Part shown: piece by piece, positions 1 through 8,689 of the stretch
Position numbering within the stretch: position 1 is the stretch's first letter
How the letters are laid out: each line of letters opens with the position of its first letter
NCBI GenBank assembly: GCA_963803705.1
Contig: CAWDNU010000003.1
Coordinates: forward strand, 128,001 to 192,000
DNA: 64,000 nucleotides
Direction of reading: 5' to 3'
Origin: an uncultured Pseudobdellovibrionaceae bacterium
GTDB lineage: Bacteria; Bdellovibrionota; Bdellovibrionia; Bdellovibrionales; UBA1609
The notes under the pieces: model-generated
What the model was told of the DNA's origin: nothing
What the model saw: the letters and a program-made list of their open reading frames with translations, nothing else
Databases searched by the model: none
Program-made: the position numbers and the translations under genes

Positions 1-282
1 CTCATACCGTTTCCAAGCATATCGACTTTGTAAAAAGCGCTTAGAAACTTGGAGTACATCAGCCTCAGTTAAGGGCTGTGTTCTTCTATCTCCAACAAAG
101 TAAAGACTTTCTGACTCTGAAAGACCAATGACAATGGCTTTTTTATTAAAAGCATATGTAGAAAGACCAATTAAACTTAAGTTTGTTATTAAAAGGGCTA
201 ATGTGACCCATTTAAAATTTAATATAATTTGATTTAATTTTATCCACTGATTGGACGATTTTTTTGAGTTTAAAAATATCAT
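1..282 (-). CDS. VirB8/TrbF-like conjugal transfer protein (partial, runs off window; not in ORF track)
   Basis: Manual translation from ATG 282 (AAGGA RBS): MIFLNSKKSSNQWIKLNQIILNFKWVTLALLITNLSLIGLSTYAFNKKAIVIGLSESESLYFVGDRRTQPLTEADVLQVSKRFLQSRYAWKRYE. Single TM segment followed by a helix; lies directly after the VirB6-like gene. Confidence 0.6.
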   Translation of the reverse strand, partial: MIFLNSKKSSNQWIKLNQIILNFKWVTLALLITNLSLIGLSTYAFNKKAIVIGLSESESLYFVGDRRTQPLTEADVLQVSKRFLQSRYAWKRYE

Positions 283-294
283 TGATATCCTTTT

Positions 295-1200
295 TTAAGA
301 ATTAGATTCATAAGAGCCATTATTTCTTGTTCGACTTATTTTTTGACTAAAGTTTTGAGCTGTTTTTCGACTTGAGTCGTAGCCATGCCTCAAGCCGTTG
401 ACAGCTTTATTTTTTGCAAAGCCGCTAGCTTTTTTAAGTCCGCTATTAACTAGGTTTTTTCCAGCCATTGCAGGTGCCATTGAAAGTCCTGCGGCATATC
501 CAGCAAAGTCACTTCCAATAAATGCTTTGGTTGTGAACGGAATAAACAACATGCTTCCACCTATAAATAGATTAATGACTATAAGTAAAATAGCGTTGTA
601 GTTATCCCCATCTTGGATTGGTGCATGAGTTACAAATTTAAGAAGTATAACGCTTAATACAGCCCACATGATTTTCCATGTGATCACGGTGCATAGGCTT
701 TGATAAAGACCAGTACAAATTTTTGCTGTTTTCTCTGGAATATAAGCTAAAATCATCAGAGGTGATAAAACATACAAAATCGCCCATACAAAATGCACCA
801 AAGCGTCAGCTATAAAAGCTCCAAGATAGGCAAAGATAAAAGAGATTAAACTAAAGATCCAAATGATGGTTTCTTTATATTTAAGCCAGCTTATTTCCAT
901 TCCAGTCACAAAAGTCCATGCTTCATCTAGAACTTCGTTAATATGAGGCTTTGGACTTATGGCAAACACCACTCCGTCACCAACGTAAGTTATCAGATGA
1001 AGGACCTCTTCAAAACTTACTAACATGATGATTGAAAGAAGCGCCCTATGAATTACTTTGGATGCGTTGGGAGCTTTATCAAATACATTAAAAAATTGTA
1101 GTATAATTAAAAAAGTCACAAGTGGAGCAATCGAAAGCCAATAGATGCCCACTAAATTTTGTCTTAAGTCGTTACAGACCTCGGGTAGCCAGTCATACAT
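295..1200 (-). CDS. VirB6/TrbL-like polytopic T4SS inner-membrane protein
   Basis: Multiple TM helices, LSPLMILAYIP-type segment, Ala/Gly/Lys-rich tail; position after VirB4 and VirB5-like genes. Confidence 0.7.
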   Translation of the reverse strand: MYDWLPEVCNDLRQNLVGIYWLSIAPLVTFLIILQFFNVFDKAPNASKVIHRALLSIIMLVSFEEVLHLITYVGDGVVFAISPKPHINEVLDEAWTFVTGMEISWLKYKETIIWIFSLISFIFAYLGAFIADALVHFVWAILYVLSPLMILAYIPEKTAKICTGLYQSLCTVITWKIMWAVLSVILLKFVTHAPIQDGDNYNAILLIVINLFIGGSMLFIPFTTKAFIGSDFAGYAAGLSMAPAMAGKNLVNSGLKKASGFAKNKAVNGLRHGYDSSRKTAQNFSQKISRTRNNGSYESNS

Positions 1201-1871
1201 CAGTTAAACCTCGGCGTTTTAAATGTGGCTTCAAAAGTCTTAAAACTATTTGATAAATCTTTATTCACCTTGTTGTAGTGGTAGTTAGACTCTTTAGCTT
1301 TTTTGGTATTTAGCGCTAGTTGCTCACCTTGAAGTTTAAGCATTTGCCCGTTTACTTTTAAAAGCTGATTTAAAGTGTGAAGAATAGCCGCACTGGTTTT
1401 AACACTTGCTCTTGCAGCACCCTTTGGGCTTGCTTGATTTGCAGAATTAGAAATTTGAATTGAATTTTCCTCTTGAATAGCTGCGTACTCTTTAAGTGCG
1501 TTAGCAATCTTAATACTTTCTGCGACTGTTTCATCATGAAGTCTAAGCAAGGGCTCTTCTGGTCCTGAAGGGACTTCACCATATAGATCTTCAATTTTGC
1601 TTAAAGCTAATTTAAAAGTTTTTAGATCACTTAAAACACCACTGTCTTCAATGGAAAATGTTTCAAGCAAGGCTATGGCCTCTTGGAGTCCATCATTAAT
1701 GGATTCAATCATTTCTTTATGTTGTTTTGCATTTGCATATATTGTTTTAAGCTGATTATACTGGTTAATGGCTTGAGCTAATATTTTAACTAAAAATGGG
1801 ATCATGGCTGCTGCATCCATCCCAAAAAAAGCGTGGGCTCTTTTTGGAGGTGTAATCACAAACACAGACAT
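1200..1871 (-). CDS. VirB5/TrbJ-like secreted helical conjugation protein (start may be ATA at 1919)
   Basis: Signal-peptide end AHA, coiled-coil Q/L-rich body, SPKGAAR segment; between virB4 and virB6-like genes. Confidence 0.55.
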   Translation of the reverse strand: MSVFVITPPKRAHAFFGMDAAAMIPFLVKILAQAINQYNQLKTIYANAKQHKEMIESINDGLQEAIALLETFSIEDSGVLSDLKTFKLALSKIEDLYGEVPSGPEEPLLRLHDETVAESIKIANALKEYAAIQEENSIQISNSANQASPKGAARASVKTSAAILHTLNQLLKVNGQMLKLQGEQLALNTKKAKESNYHYNKVNKDLSNSFKTFEATFKTPRFN

Positions 1872-1915
1872 TGTGCTTACAAGTAGCAGTATTAAAAAGT
1901 TTGATTTGAATTTTT

Positions 1916-4394
1916 TTATTGGACACCTTCTTTTTTTATATTTTTATCTAGGTTTTGTTCTTCAACAATTTTTTGTAAAACGTTGATGTAAGTGAGATCA
2001 GAAAAACGCTCTTTAGTTTTTCTAATGATTTCTTTATCTTGTGGATCAGTGGTACAAATCCAATAAGATAGGGGATCGGGTTCAATTTTTAAAATGGCTT
2101 TATTTTCGTCTTGAATGTAAAGATGTTCAGAAAATTTACCTTTTTCAGACCTTAGGCTTTTTATAGCTGAAATTTCAGCATCGTTTAAAGATAAGATATT
2201 TTGAAATTCATCCCAATCAACCCCTCGTTGTTTTAAAATGACTCTAGATGGAGTGTTCTGCATGATGGCCGCAGATATTTCAGGATCGAACATAAAGTCT
2301 TTAATGCTTTGAGATATTCCCCAAATGCCGCCGTAAAACTTTCGCATGGTTCTGTAACATTCAATGACAAATTGAGCGGCTGATTTGTTCTGTAATATCT
2401 TCCAGATTTCATCTATGACCAGTAAATACTTTTGGCCAGTATCTTTTGAAGCCTCGTTCATGATGTACTCAGTTAAGATTAATAAAAGTACACGCTGTAA
2501 ATCTGGATAAACATCTAGGCCTTTGACTTCGATGGCAACTAAGTTTTTTTCTAACTCGATATTTGTCTGACCATCTAAAAGATTTCCGTAAGCTGTAGAG
2601 CCCGTCCAAGAGTATAAAATATCTGAATATTTTTTCATCTCTTGAAATTCATGTTTGATTAAAATATTTCTAAAATCACTAATAGTTGGAGATCTGTCTT
2701 TACAATGAAGGTAAGTTTTAAAAATAGCTTCTTCTAAAAGTGCTTTTTCCCGTTTTGGAAGACCATTTGAGTCTTCTTCTTTACAAATGATTTCAATGAT
2801 CCCTAATAATAGTTTTACTTTTCTGGGGGTTGGCTTTGTTTCGCCATGCTCAAGAGTAAAAGCGTTTAATATAAGACCACTTTCAAGGTTTAGATCTATG
2901 AACTGTCCACCTAATGAATCAACTAAACCTTTTGAACTTGCCCCATTATCTATCCACACAACTTTTGAATTTGATTTTCTAATTTTATTATTATCAATCA
3001 CTTTTTTGATCTCCTATAAACATAAGAATCAATGAGTTTAAAGAAAAGGATTTTCCTGAACCCGAAGAACCAATAATAAAACCATTCCAGTTTGGAAGTT
3101 TGGGATGAAAAGGATCAATTCCAATCAACACGTTATCTCTATTAGGCATTAAACAAACTGGTCTTGGGTTTCCCATCCAGTAAGAATAAACGGGGAGTAG
3201 GTGAGCTAAGTTACTGGACTTCATTTTTTTAGGTCTATTCATCTGACATAGTCCAGGTGCAAGCTTCATAAAGGCATCAAAGTTAGCATAGGTTTCAACG
3301 ATGCCCTCAGCTCCACTTAGTCTTTTAATGGTTCGTAAGATTTCATCTTCCTTTTCTTCAAGTTCTCTTTCAGATTCACCCCAAATTATAAAATTTAAAT
3401 CCGATTCAACCACTTTTTCAGTGGAATCTAAAAGTTCAGATAATAGTCCTTCAATTTGACCCAGAGCTGACTCACTTTCTAAATCACTTACGTTTTGACT
3501 GCCTGAAGCCATGGAATGATTAAGTTTTCTTTTAATATTTAACTTTTTGTATTCAGCGGCTTGATTACACATCCTAAGTGTTTGAGTAATAAAGCAATGA
3601 AATGGGAGTTTGATCAAATTATCAATCATTCCTGATTCAGTCAGTTCAGGAAGGCTTTTTAAACTTATGACTTTAAATTTATAATCTCCAATTTCTAAAA
3701 AATTCTTATAAAGCTTCATATCAGTTAAAATGAGTTGGGAAACAAGAGAATTAGACTGAAATAGCTTTGGCTTTTGAAATTTAGGTGCTAATAACTTTTC
3801 TGATCTTGAAAGATTAAAATATTTATAAAGTAATTCTAGCCATTCCTTTTTTGAAAGTTCAGATTCAAAAATATTCAAGGATTTTAAACTTGATGATACT
3901 TGATTGATTTGCTTTTCAAAATTCTTGCTATGAATTTTGAATTCGTCTTCTGTTGTAGCAATAAAGTCTTTTTCCTTTGAAAAAAGGTTTTTTGATTTAT
4001 AACTAAGTGGCTTTGATTTTAAAAATAAATAAATTTCTGGATTAAAGTAGTGACCGTTTTGTCTATTTTTTTCTAAGAAGTCTTTTCTAGATTTTAAGAT
4101 AGGATCATAAGCCTTATCAGGATACGTTTTAGATAAATTGGTGTGCTCATTTATTAAATCATCGACCTCAGGCGACAGATGATAAAAAACTTGAAGACTG
4201 ATGCCTTCATTTAATGATGTGACGAGTCCCTCAAGTTTAGAATTAAAGACATTGATTTCAGGCACGGTTTCACACGAAATATCTTTGCCCTTGATTTTAA
4301 AGCCAAAGCCTAAAGATCCATCGCCGAAAACAAGGGTGTCTTTATAAAAATTCCAAATGTTTAGGTGATCACCCAAATTATTAGGATTAATCAT
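1916..4394 (-). CDS. virB4: VirB4/TraC-family conjugal ATPase, split by a +1 frameshift in the A6 run at 3002-3007
   Basis: ORF 2994-4394 has Walker A (GSSGSGKS). ORF 1916-3001 has VVWID, Walker B (LLVIDEIW), RKFYG and ISQS motifs. Removing one A joins the two. Confidence 0.85.
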
Positions 4395-4710
4395 GAATGA
4401 CCTCTTTTAGTCTTTTAAATTCGTTTTTAGGCATGGAGCCTGAAAACATGACTCCAGGTAAACTTTGAAATTTAATATAGTCCTGAAGAAATCTATCAGG
4501 CTTACCCTTTTTACCAAAATAAATGGTTAATACTAAAAGACTTGGAAGCCCGAAAACAATCGGGCCTCCAATAGAGGTTTGTCCAAACATTAGATTTAAA
4601 ACAGAAGCTGTTCCGGCAACTACTAAAACATCAAAAAGTTCTATTCCAAAAAATTTAACTTTAGAGTCTAGGTTTTTATGAACAATGGACATATCTAGAG
4701 TTTCCCTCAT
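4387..4710 (-). CDS. VirB3-like small membrane protein
   Basis: Two TM helices, KFFGIELFD and GKPDRFL motifs, immediately upstream of virB4. ATG at 4710 overlaps the upstream stop (TAATG). Confidence 0.65.
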   Translation of the reverse strand: MRETLDMSIVHKNLDSKVKFFGIELFDVLVVAGTASVLNLMFGQTSIGGPIVFGLPSLLVLTIYFGKKGKPDRFLQDYIKFQSLPGVMFSGSMPKNEFKRLKEVIHD

Positions 4711-5054
4711 TAGGCTAAGACTCCTTGAATCCAACCAATGATGTAAGGTGCTAAAAAGCCAACCACACTGCCTATTAGACAGAATGTAATCTTACCTTTG
4801 GCCCCTTCATTACCAGTGGCAGCTAAAATTCCAGCATACACCAAACCAAAAACACTCATAATAGGTAAAATGACTCCTGTGAACTTAGATTGTAGAGCTG
4901 ACATTTTATTTTCAAAACCGGATTTTACGATGGATGCAAAACTAAATTCTGGTGAAAATACGATGAGCGCAAGTATGGTGATATAAACGAGAAACACAGT
5001 TTTTTTATGATTGTAGATAAAATTTAATAATCTTTTAAGCGGATTTCTTTTCAT
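4710..5054 (-). CDS. VirB2/TrbC-like pilin
   Basis: Long signal peptide ending PEFSFA, then two hydrophobic helices ending APYIIGWIQG; precedes virB3 and virB4. Confidence 0.75.
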   Translation of the reverse strand: MKRNPLKRLLNFIYNHKKTVFLVYITILALIVFSPEFSFASIVKSGFENKMSALQSKFTGVILPIMSVFGLVYAGILAATGNEGAKGKITFCLIGSVVGFLAPYIIGWIQGVLA

Positions 5055-5397
5055 GATTTTCCTTGGGTGTGATAAGAATAAATTTATTAAATGGTGCTGT
5101 TTTAATTAAAATATCACCAGAGACCTGATCTAAAAAACCAGTGCCTTGTTTGTATTGATGGATTTTCTTTCCTTGTGGATTTAATAAATAGCTTACAATT
5201 CTGTAATGGCTTATATCATCTTTGTAGCCAACGGATTGGATTTCATACTTGTTATTCGGAAAAAAGTTTAATGTTAAGTTATAGTTCCCTGTCCATTCGT
5301 TATAATAAGCAACACCAGCTAGGTCTTTTTCGCCTGTTTGCTGATCGTACCACCAAACATAATGGATATTTTTTGAATTCTTATTTGATATTTGCAC
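5035..5397 (-). CDS. Hypothetical protein, possibly tandem DUF736-like small beta domains
   Basis: Two similar segments (AGVAYYNEWTGNYNLTLNFFP and QGTGFLDQVSGDILIKTAPF); GAGGAG RBS before GTG. Confidence 0.45.
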   Translation of the reverse strand: MQISNKNSKNIHYVWWYDQQTGEKDLAGVAYYNEWTGNYNLTLNFFPNNKYEIQSVGYKDDISHYRIVSYLLNPQGKKIHQYKQGTGFLDQVSGDILIKTAPFNKFILITPKENHEKKSA

Positions 5398-5536
5398 TTG
5401 GTATAAACTCCTCTTTAAGGTTTAAAATAATTTTAATGTGTCCCTTAATTTGATTTCTAATTTGTTTATGACTTTTCTTCTCAGGGACCAAAGATGTAAG
5501 TTTGGATATTTGTTTTAAAATTTGATTTAAGTTCAT
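5381..5536 (-). CDS. Small hypothetical protein, 51 aa (below ORF-track cutoff)
   Basis: MNLNQILKQISKLTSLVPEKKSHKQIRNQIKGHIKIILNLKEEFIPSANIK; fills the gap in the minus-strand operon. Confidence 0.4.
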   Translation of the reverse strand: MNLNQILKQISKLTSLVPEKKSHKQIRNQIKGHIKIILNLKEEFIPSANIK

Positions 5537-5545
5537 ATTTTTTAT

Positions 5546-5695
5546 TTAGGTATTTCTGGCCATGGCTTTGAAATTAAGGTTAAAGATTTCAACTAGATCT
5601 AAAGTTCGATCTAAATGCTCTTCAACGTCGTCAATACAATGGCTAAACCAATCTTCCCAATTTTTTACTTTTAATTTCTTTTTAAGTTTGTTCAC
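5546..5695 (-). CDS. Small hypothetical protein, 49 aa (below ORF-track cutoff)
   Basis: GTG start, MNKLKKKLKVKNWEDWFSHCIDDVEEHLDRTLDLVEIFNLNFKAMARNT; co-oriented and tightly packed. Confidence 0.4.
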   Translation of the reverse strand: MNKLKKKLKVKNWEDWFSHCIDDVEEHLDRTLDLVEIFNLNFKAMARNT

Positions 5696-5730
5696 TTTTG
5701 TTTTTCTCACTTTATATAAATTTAATTAGT

Positions 5731-6033
5731 TTAAGCCGCTGATGGATTAAACTCAGATTCAACTTCAGTTTTTTGTTTTCCGTGATTAGCCAATTCTGAT
5801 TTTTGATCTCTTAAGATTTTAATAGAACTACTAAAGTTAGTAGTTGATATTTCATTTAGAATCTGATCACATCTCAAAGTTTGATTTATATAAGAATAGC
5901 CATCTTGAACGTCATAATAATTGCAGTTTACACAGTGGCTGTGAGTTTTAAGTTTTTCAAAACCATGTTCTCCGCATCTTGGACAGTTTTGGAATTTAGC
6001 TCTTGAGTCTGCATTTAGATTGTATTGCTCCAT
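5731..6033 (-). CDS. Zinc-ribbon protein, first gene of the transfer operon
   Basis: CPRC...CVNC motif; AAGGAG RBS. Confidence 0.7.
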   Translation of the reverse strand: MEQYNLNADSRAKFQNCPRCGEHGFEKLKTHSHCVNCNYYDVQDGYSYINQTLRCDQILNEISTTNFSSSIKILRDQKSELANHGKQKTEVESEFNPSAA

Positions 6034-6105
6034 AATTTTTATTTTCTCCTTTTAACATTTTAGTTATTGGTGAAAGTTGCTTAAGTGCACCCTTCACCCT
6101 TACTA

Positions 6106-6123
6106 TTGCTAAGGGAGTGCCAA
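6106..6123 (-). promoter_or_regulatory. Sigma54 (-24/-12) promoter for the T4SS operon
   Basis: Minus strand TTGGCACTCCCTTAGCAA with exact GG-N10-GC spacing. Predicted +1 near 6096, about 63 nt before the ATG at 6033. Confidence 0.7.
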
Positions 6124-6138
6124 AAATGATTTCTAACC

Positions 6139-6151
6139 TAAGTAATTGAGA
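6139..6151. promoter_or_regulatory. IHF-like binding site
   Basis: TAAGTAATTGAGA versus consensus YAANNNNTTGATW (one mismatch), at about -43 to -55 of the sigma54 promoter. Confidence 0.45.
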
Positions 6152-6195
6152 TTGTTGGATATCAGTCGAAGTATTGAAAAAAATATAGATTAAAA

Positions 6196-6224
6196 AAAAT
6201 TAAAAATTTTGAATTTTTAATTTT
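6196..6224. promoter_or_regulatory. Inverted repeat, candidate upstream activator sequence
   Basis: AAAATTAAAAATT-ttg-AATTTTTAATTTT, about 100-128 bp upstream of the predicted start site; AT-only, so low complexity. Confidence 0.35.
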
Positions 6225-6388
6225 ATAATTTAATTTTTTTAAAAATAGATAGTTAAGCTTAAAGTTTTAGGTTCTAGCTGTAATCATGGATCATATTAGG
6301 TTCTGGACAGATTCATTTTTGATATTGATTTTACAAATTGAGTATATAAATTTTAATTGTTAGCTTTTAAAATCTTGTAAAGCTTTGA

Positions 6389-6422
6389 ATTGGTGATTTG
6401 AGTATTAACTCAGATCACCAAT
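6389..6422. repeat. 15-bp inverted repeat / hairpin
   Basis: ATTGGTGATTTGAGT-atta-ACTCAGATCACCAAT with one T.G pair. Confidence 0.7.
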
Positions 6423-6493
6423 AACAATTGTGGACTAGAAGAAGCCTAATAGGTGATCTAGCAGGCGGGAAATCTGAATTAAATTAAAAAAAG

Positions 6494-6522
6494 TTGTCAC
6501 ATAAGTATTTCCTGTGTATTAT
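6494..6522 (+). promoter_or_regulatory. Sigma70-type promoter of the czc cassette
   Basis: TTGTCA-17 nt-TATTAT; predicted +1 coincides with the in-frame GTG at 6529. Confidence 0.55.
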
Positions 6523-6528
6523 TTTAGT

Positions 6529-6924
6529 GTGAAATCAATTTTGAGACTATTTCTTGTGTTTTATTTAGCACTGCTCTCGTCATACGACTTAGCTTTGGCT
6601 GATGAATTGAAAGAAATTGGTCACTTTTTTAATCATGAACATAGTTCTAACAAGTTTAGTCTTAACTTTAGCTCTGATTTGAATAATTATGAGGATGAAA
6701 GTTTAAATAATAGTAAGCATAGCAAAAGCAATTGCCCAGAATCTGAAGGTTGTCATACTTTGCATCAGTGTCACATGGGTCATTGCGGTTACTTGCCTTC
6801 AGCATTTATTTTTGTAAGTTTAGTTCTAAATAGTGAGTTTTCACCAAATTATTTCCAAATATTTCAATCTAGACCTTTGGGTGGATTATTCAAACCACCT
6901 CGGCTTTCTAAGATTTTTATCTAA
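6529..6924 (+). CDS. His/Cys-rich exported metal-binding protein (CzcI-like)
   Basis: Signal peptide, HFFNHEH, CHTLHQCHMGHC and C-terminal KPPR; first gene of the czc operon. ORF-track start is 6514. Confidence 0.6.
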   Translation: MKSILRLFLVFYLALLSSYDLALADELKEIGHFFNHEHSSNKFSLNFSSDLNNYEDESLNNSKHSKSNCPESEGCHTLHQCHMGHCGYLPSAFIFVSLVLNSEFSPNYFQIFQSRPLGGLFKPPRLSKIFI

Positions 6925-6962
6925 TTTATTCCAATTACATTTAAATTTAAATGAGGTGAAGG

Positions 6963-8213
6963 ATGATAAGATATCTTCTTATTTGTCACTGCTTTGGTAT
7001 TTTTGTGTTTCTACAAAATGCAAAGGCAGAGATTTGTCAGAAAGCAGAAGGTGCTAACGACTTGCTGGAATGTTTAATGAAAAAACATCCTGAGCTTGAT
7101 TTGGCAGAATTAAACGTTGAAGTAGCTAAAGGACAGGTCAAGCAATCTAGTCAAAGACCAAACCCTCAGATTCAGTGGCAAGGGACTGATACCCAAGGCG
7201 GCGGAGGCCTAACCAATGAATTCAATTTGCAGCATACAATTGAGCTTGGTTCAAAGCAGTTTGCTAGAGTGAAGTTGGCAGAATCCGAATTGGCTATCCA
7301 AAAAGTTGGAGTTGAAGGAAGTTTTGGTCAAATTAAAATTGATTTGATTGTGAAGTTGTACCGCTTACGTCAGATTAACCACGAGATAGAAGTAATAATG
7401 GAGAATCGTCATACATTCCAAAGAATGATTTCTCAGTATAAAAGAATTGGAAAAATGAATCCAGAGCAAGAAATATCAGTGAATGTATTTCGAATGGCAT
7501 CAGAGGAAGTCCAGTTAAAATTGGGTGAACTTCGAAATGAAAAAGATAGAATTTTAACAGATTTAAGTGTTGTTTCTGGTGAAGATTTAACGCCAAGAGT
7601 AAACCAACTTCCTGAAATTGCTCATGAATGGCCAGTCCTAGAAAATGGTGATTTAGAAGGCCCAATAGTAAAACAAGCTAAGGTTGGTTTAAATAAAGCT
7701 AACAAACTTTATGAAATGGAGAAGGCGGAGTCTTGGCCTAATATTAATGTTGGTCCTCGTCTAGTCCAAGTGCCTGGTTCACAAGGCGGAACTTTTTTAG
7801 GGGCAGCAATCAGTGTTCCTTTACCACTACTTAGTTTGAACAAGGGTGGGAGAGCGGCTGCGCTGGCAAATAAAAAACGGCAAGAATATCGAAGTCATTT
7901 AGTTGAGAGAAAAGTAAAAGCCGAAGCTCTACGTCTAATACAAACTTACAAAAGATCATCCGAAGCTTATAAGGCAGCAAGAAAAACCAGTAATATCCAA
8001 AATAAACATACTAGTCTTCACAATATGATTAATAGAGGTGTTGTGACTCCTTCGATAGTGATTGAATTGCACCGTCAGATCATTGAGTTCTATAAATCGT
8101 TACACTCGCAAGAGTTGGCCGCAGTTCGGGCTAGGTGGGAATATTATTTCCTTTTAGGTAATATAAATACCAAGAAAATCGAAGGGAGTAGAAATGATAG
8201 TAAAATTCATTAG
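6963..8213 (+). CDS. czcC: TolC-family outer-membrane factor (CzcC-like)
   Basis: Signal peptide, RPNPQ and WPNINVG OEP repeats, ISVPLPL; upstream of a heavy-metal RND pump. Confidence 0.8.
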   Translation: MIRYLLICHCFGIFVFLQNAKAEICQKAEGANDLLECLMKKHPELDLAELNVEVAKGQVKQSSQRPNPQIQWQGTDTQGGGGLTNEFNLQHTIELGSKQFARVKLAESELAIQKVGVEGSFGQIKIDLIVKLYRLRQINHEIEVIMENRHTFQRMISQYKRIGKMNPEQEISVNVFRMASEEVQLKLGELRNEKDRILTDLSVVSGEDLTPRVNQLPEIAHEWPVLENGDLEGPIVKQAKVGLNKANKLYEMEKAESWPNINVGPRLVQVPGSQGGTFLGAAISVPLPLLSLNKGGRAAALANKKRQEYRSHLVERKVKAEALRLIQTYKRSSEAYKAARKTSNIQNKHTSLHNMINRGVVTPSIVIELHRQIIEFYKSLHSQELAAVRARWEYYFLLGNINTKKIEGSRNDSKIH

Positions 8214-8667
8214 TCGTATATTAGTTATGTGTGTTGTTTTTATTTTTTGTTTCACCATCATGGGTGAAAATCAAGATGAGCACGAGCATAGTGAAGAGAG
8301 TTCAAAAAGTAAGACTATCCTTAGTGTAAAGAATGGTGGGCGCAGATTCGAGCTTTCTAAAAAAGCTATATCAACCTTAAAACTTAAATACGGACCGTGC
8401 GATCATAGTAAAGACAATATAGTTCAAATTCCCAACGAGTCTTTAGTTAGTTTTGGCAATGAATACGGAATATTTATTCACAGCTCAGATTGGTTTGAGC
8501 TCATAGAGGTGCAGGTTGAGTCTCGTTCAAAAGAAAACAGCATAGTCTCAGCAGACTATTTCTCTGAAAAAAATAGGCCATGTGAAATTGTTGTTTCTGG
8601 AGTTCCACTTCTACGAGTGGCTCAATTAGAAGCATCGGGTGAAGGTGGAGAAGGTCATGGTCATTAA
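8194..8667 (+). CDS. Short CzcB-like periplasmic adaptor fragment with His-rich ends
   Basis: N-terminal TM/signal, DEHEH, IPNESLV...IVVSG membrane-proximal-domain-like motifs and C-terminal GEGHGH; sits between the OMF and RND genes. Confidence 0.55.
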   Translation: MIVKFISRILVMCVVFIFCFTIMGENQDEHEHSEESSKSKTILSVKNGGRRFELSKKAISTLKLKYGPCDHSKDNIVQIPNESLVSFGNEYGIFIHSSDWFELIEVQVESRSKENSIVSADYFSEKNRPCEIVVSGVPLLRVAQLEASGEGGEGHGH

Positions 8668-8689
8668 ACAATTGATAAGAAGGTAAGAA

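Noticed and set aside
3001..3008. Programmed -1 frameshift at AAAAAAG in virB4
   Set aside because: The codon phase is CAA AAA AGT and joining needs +1, so it does not fit the A_AAA_AAG -1 mechanism.
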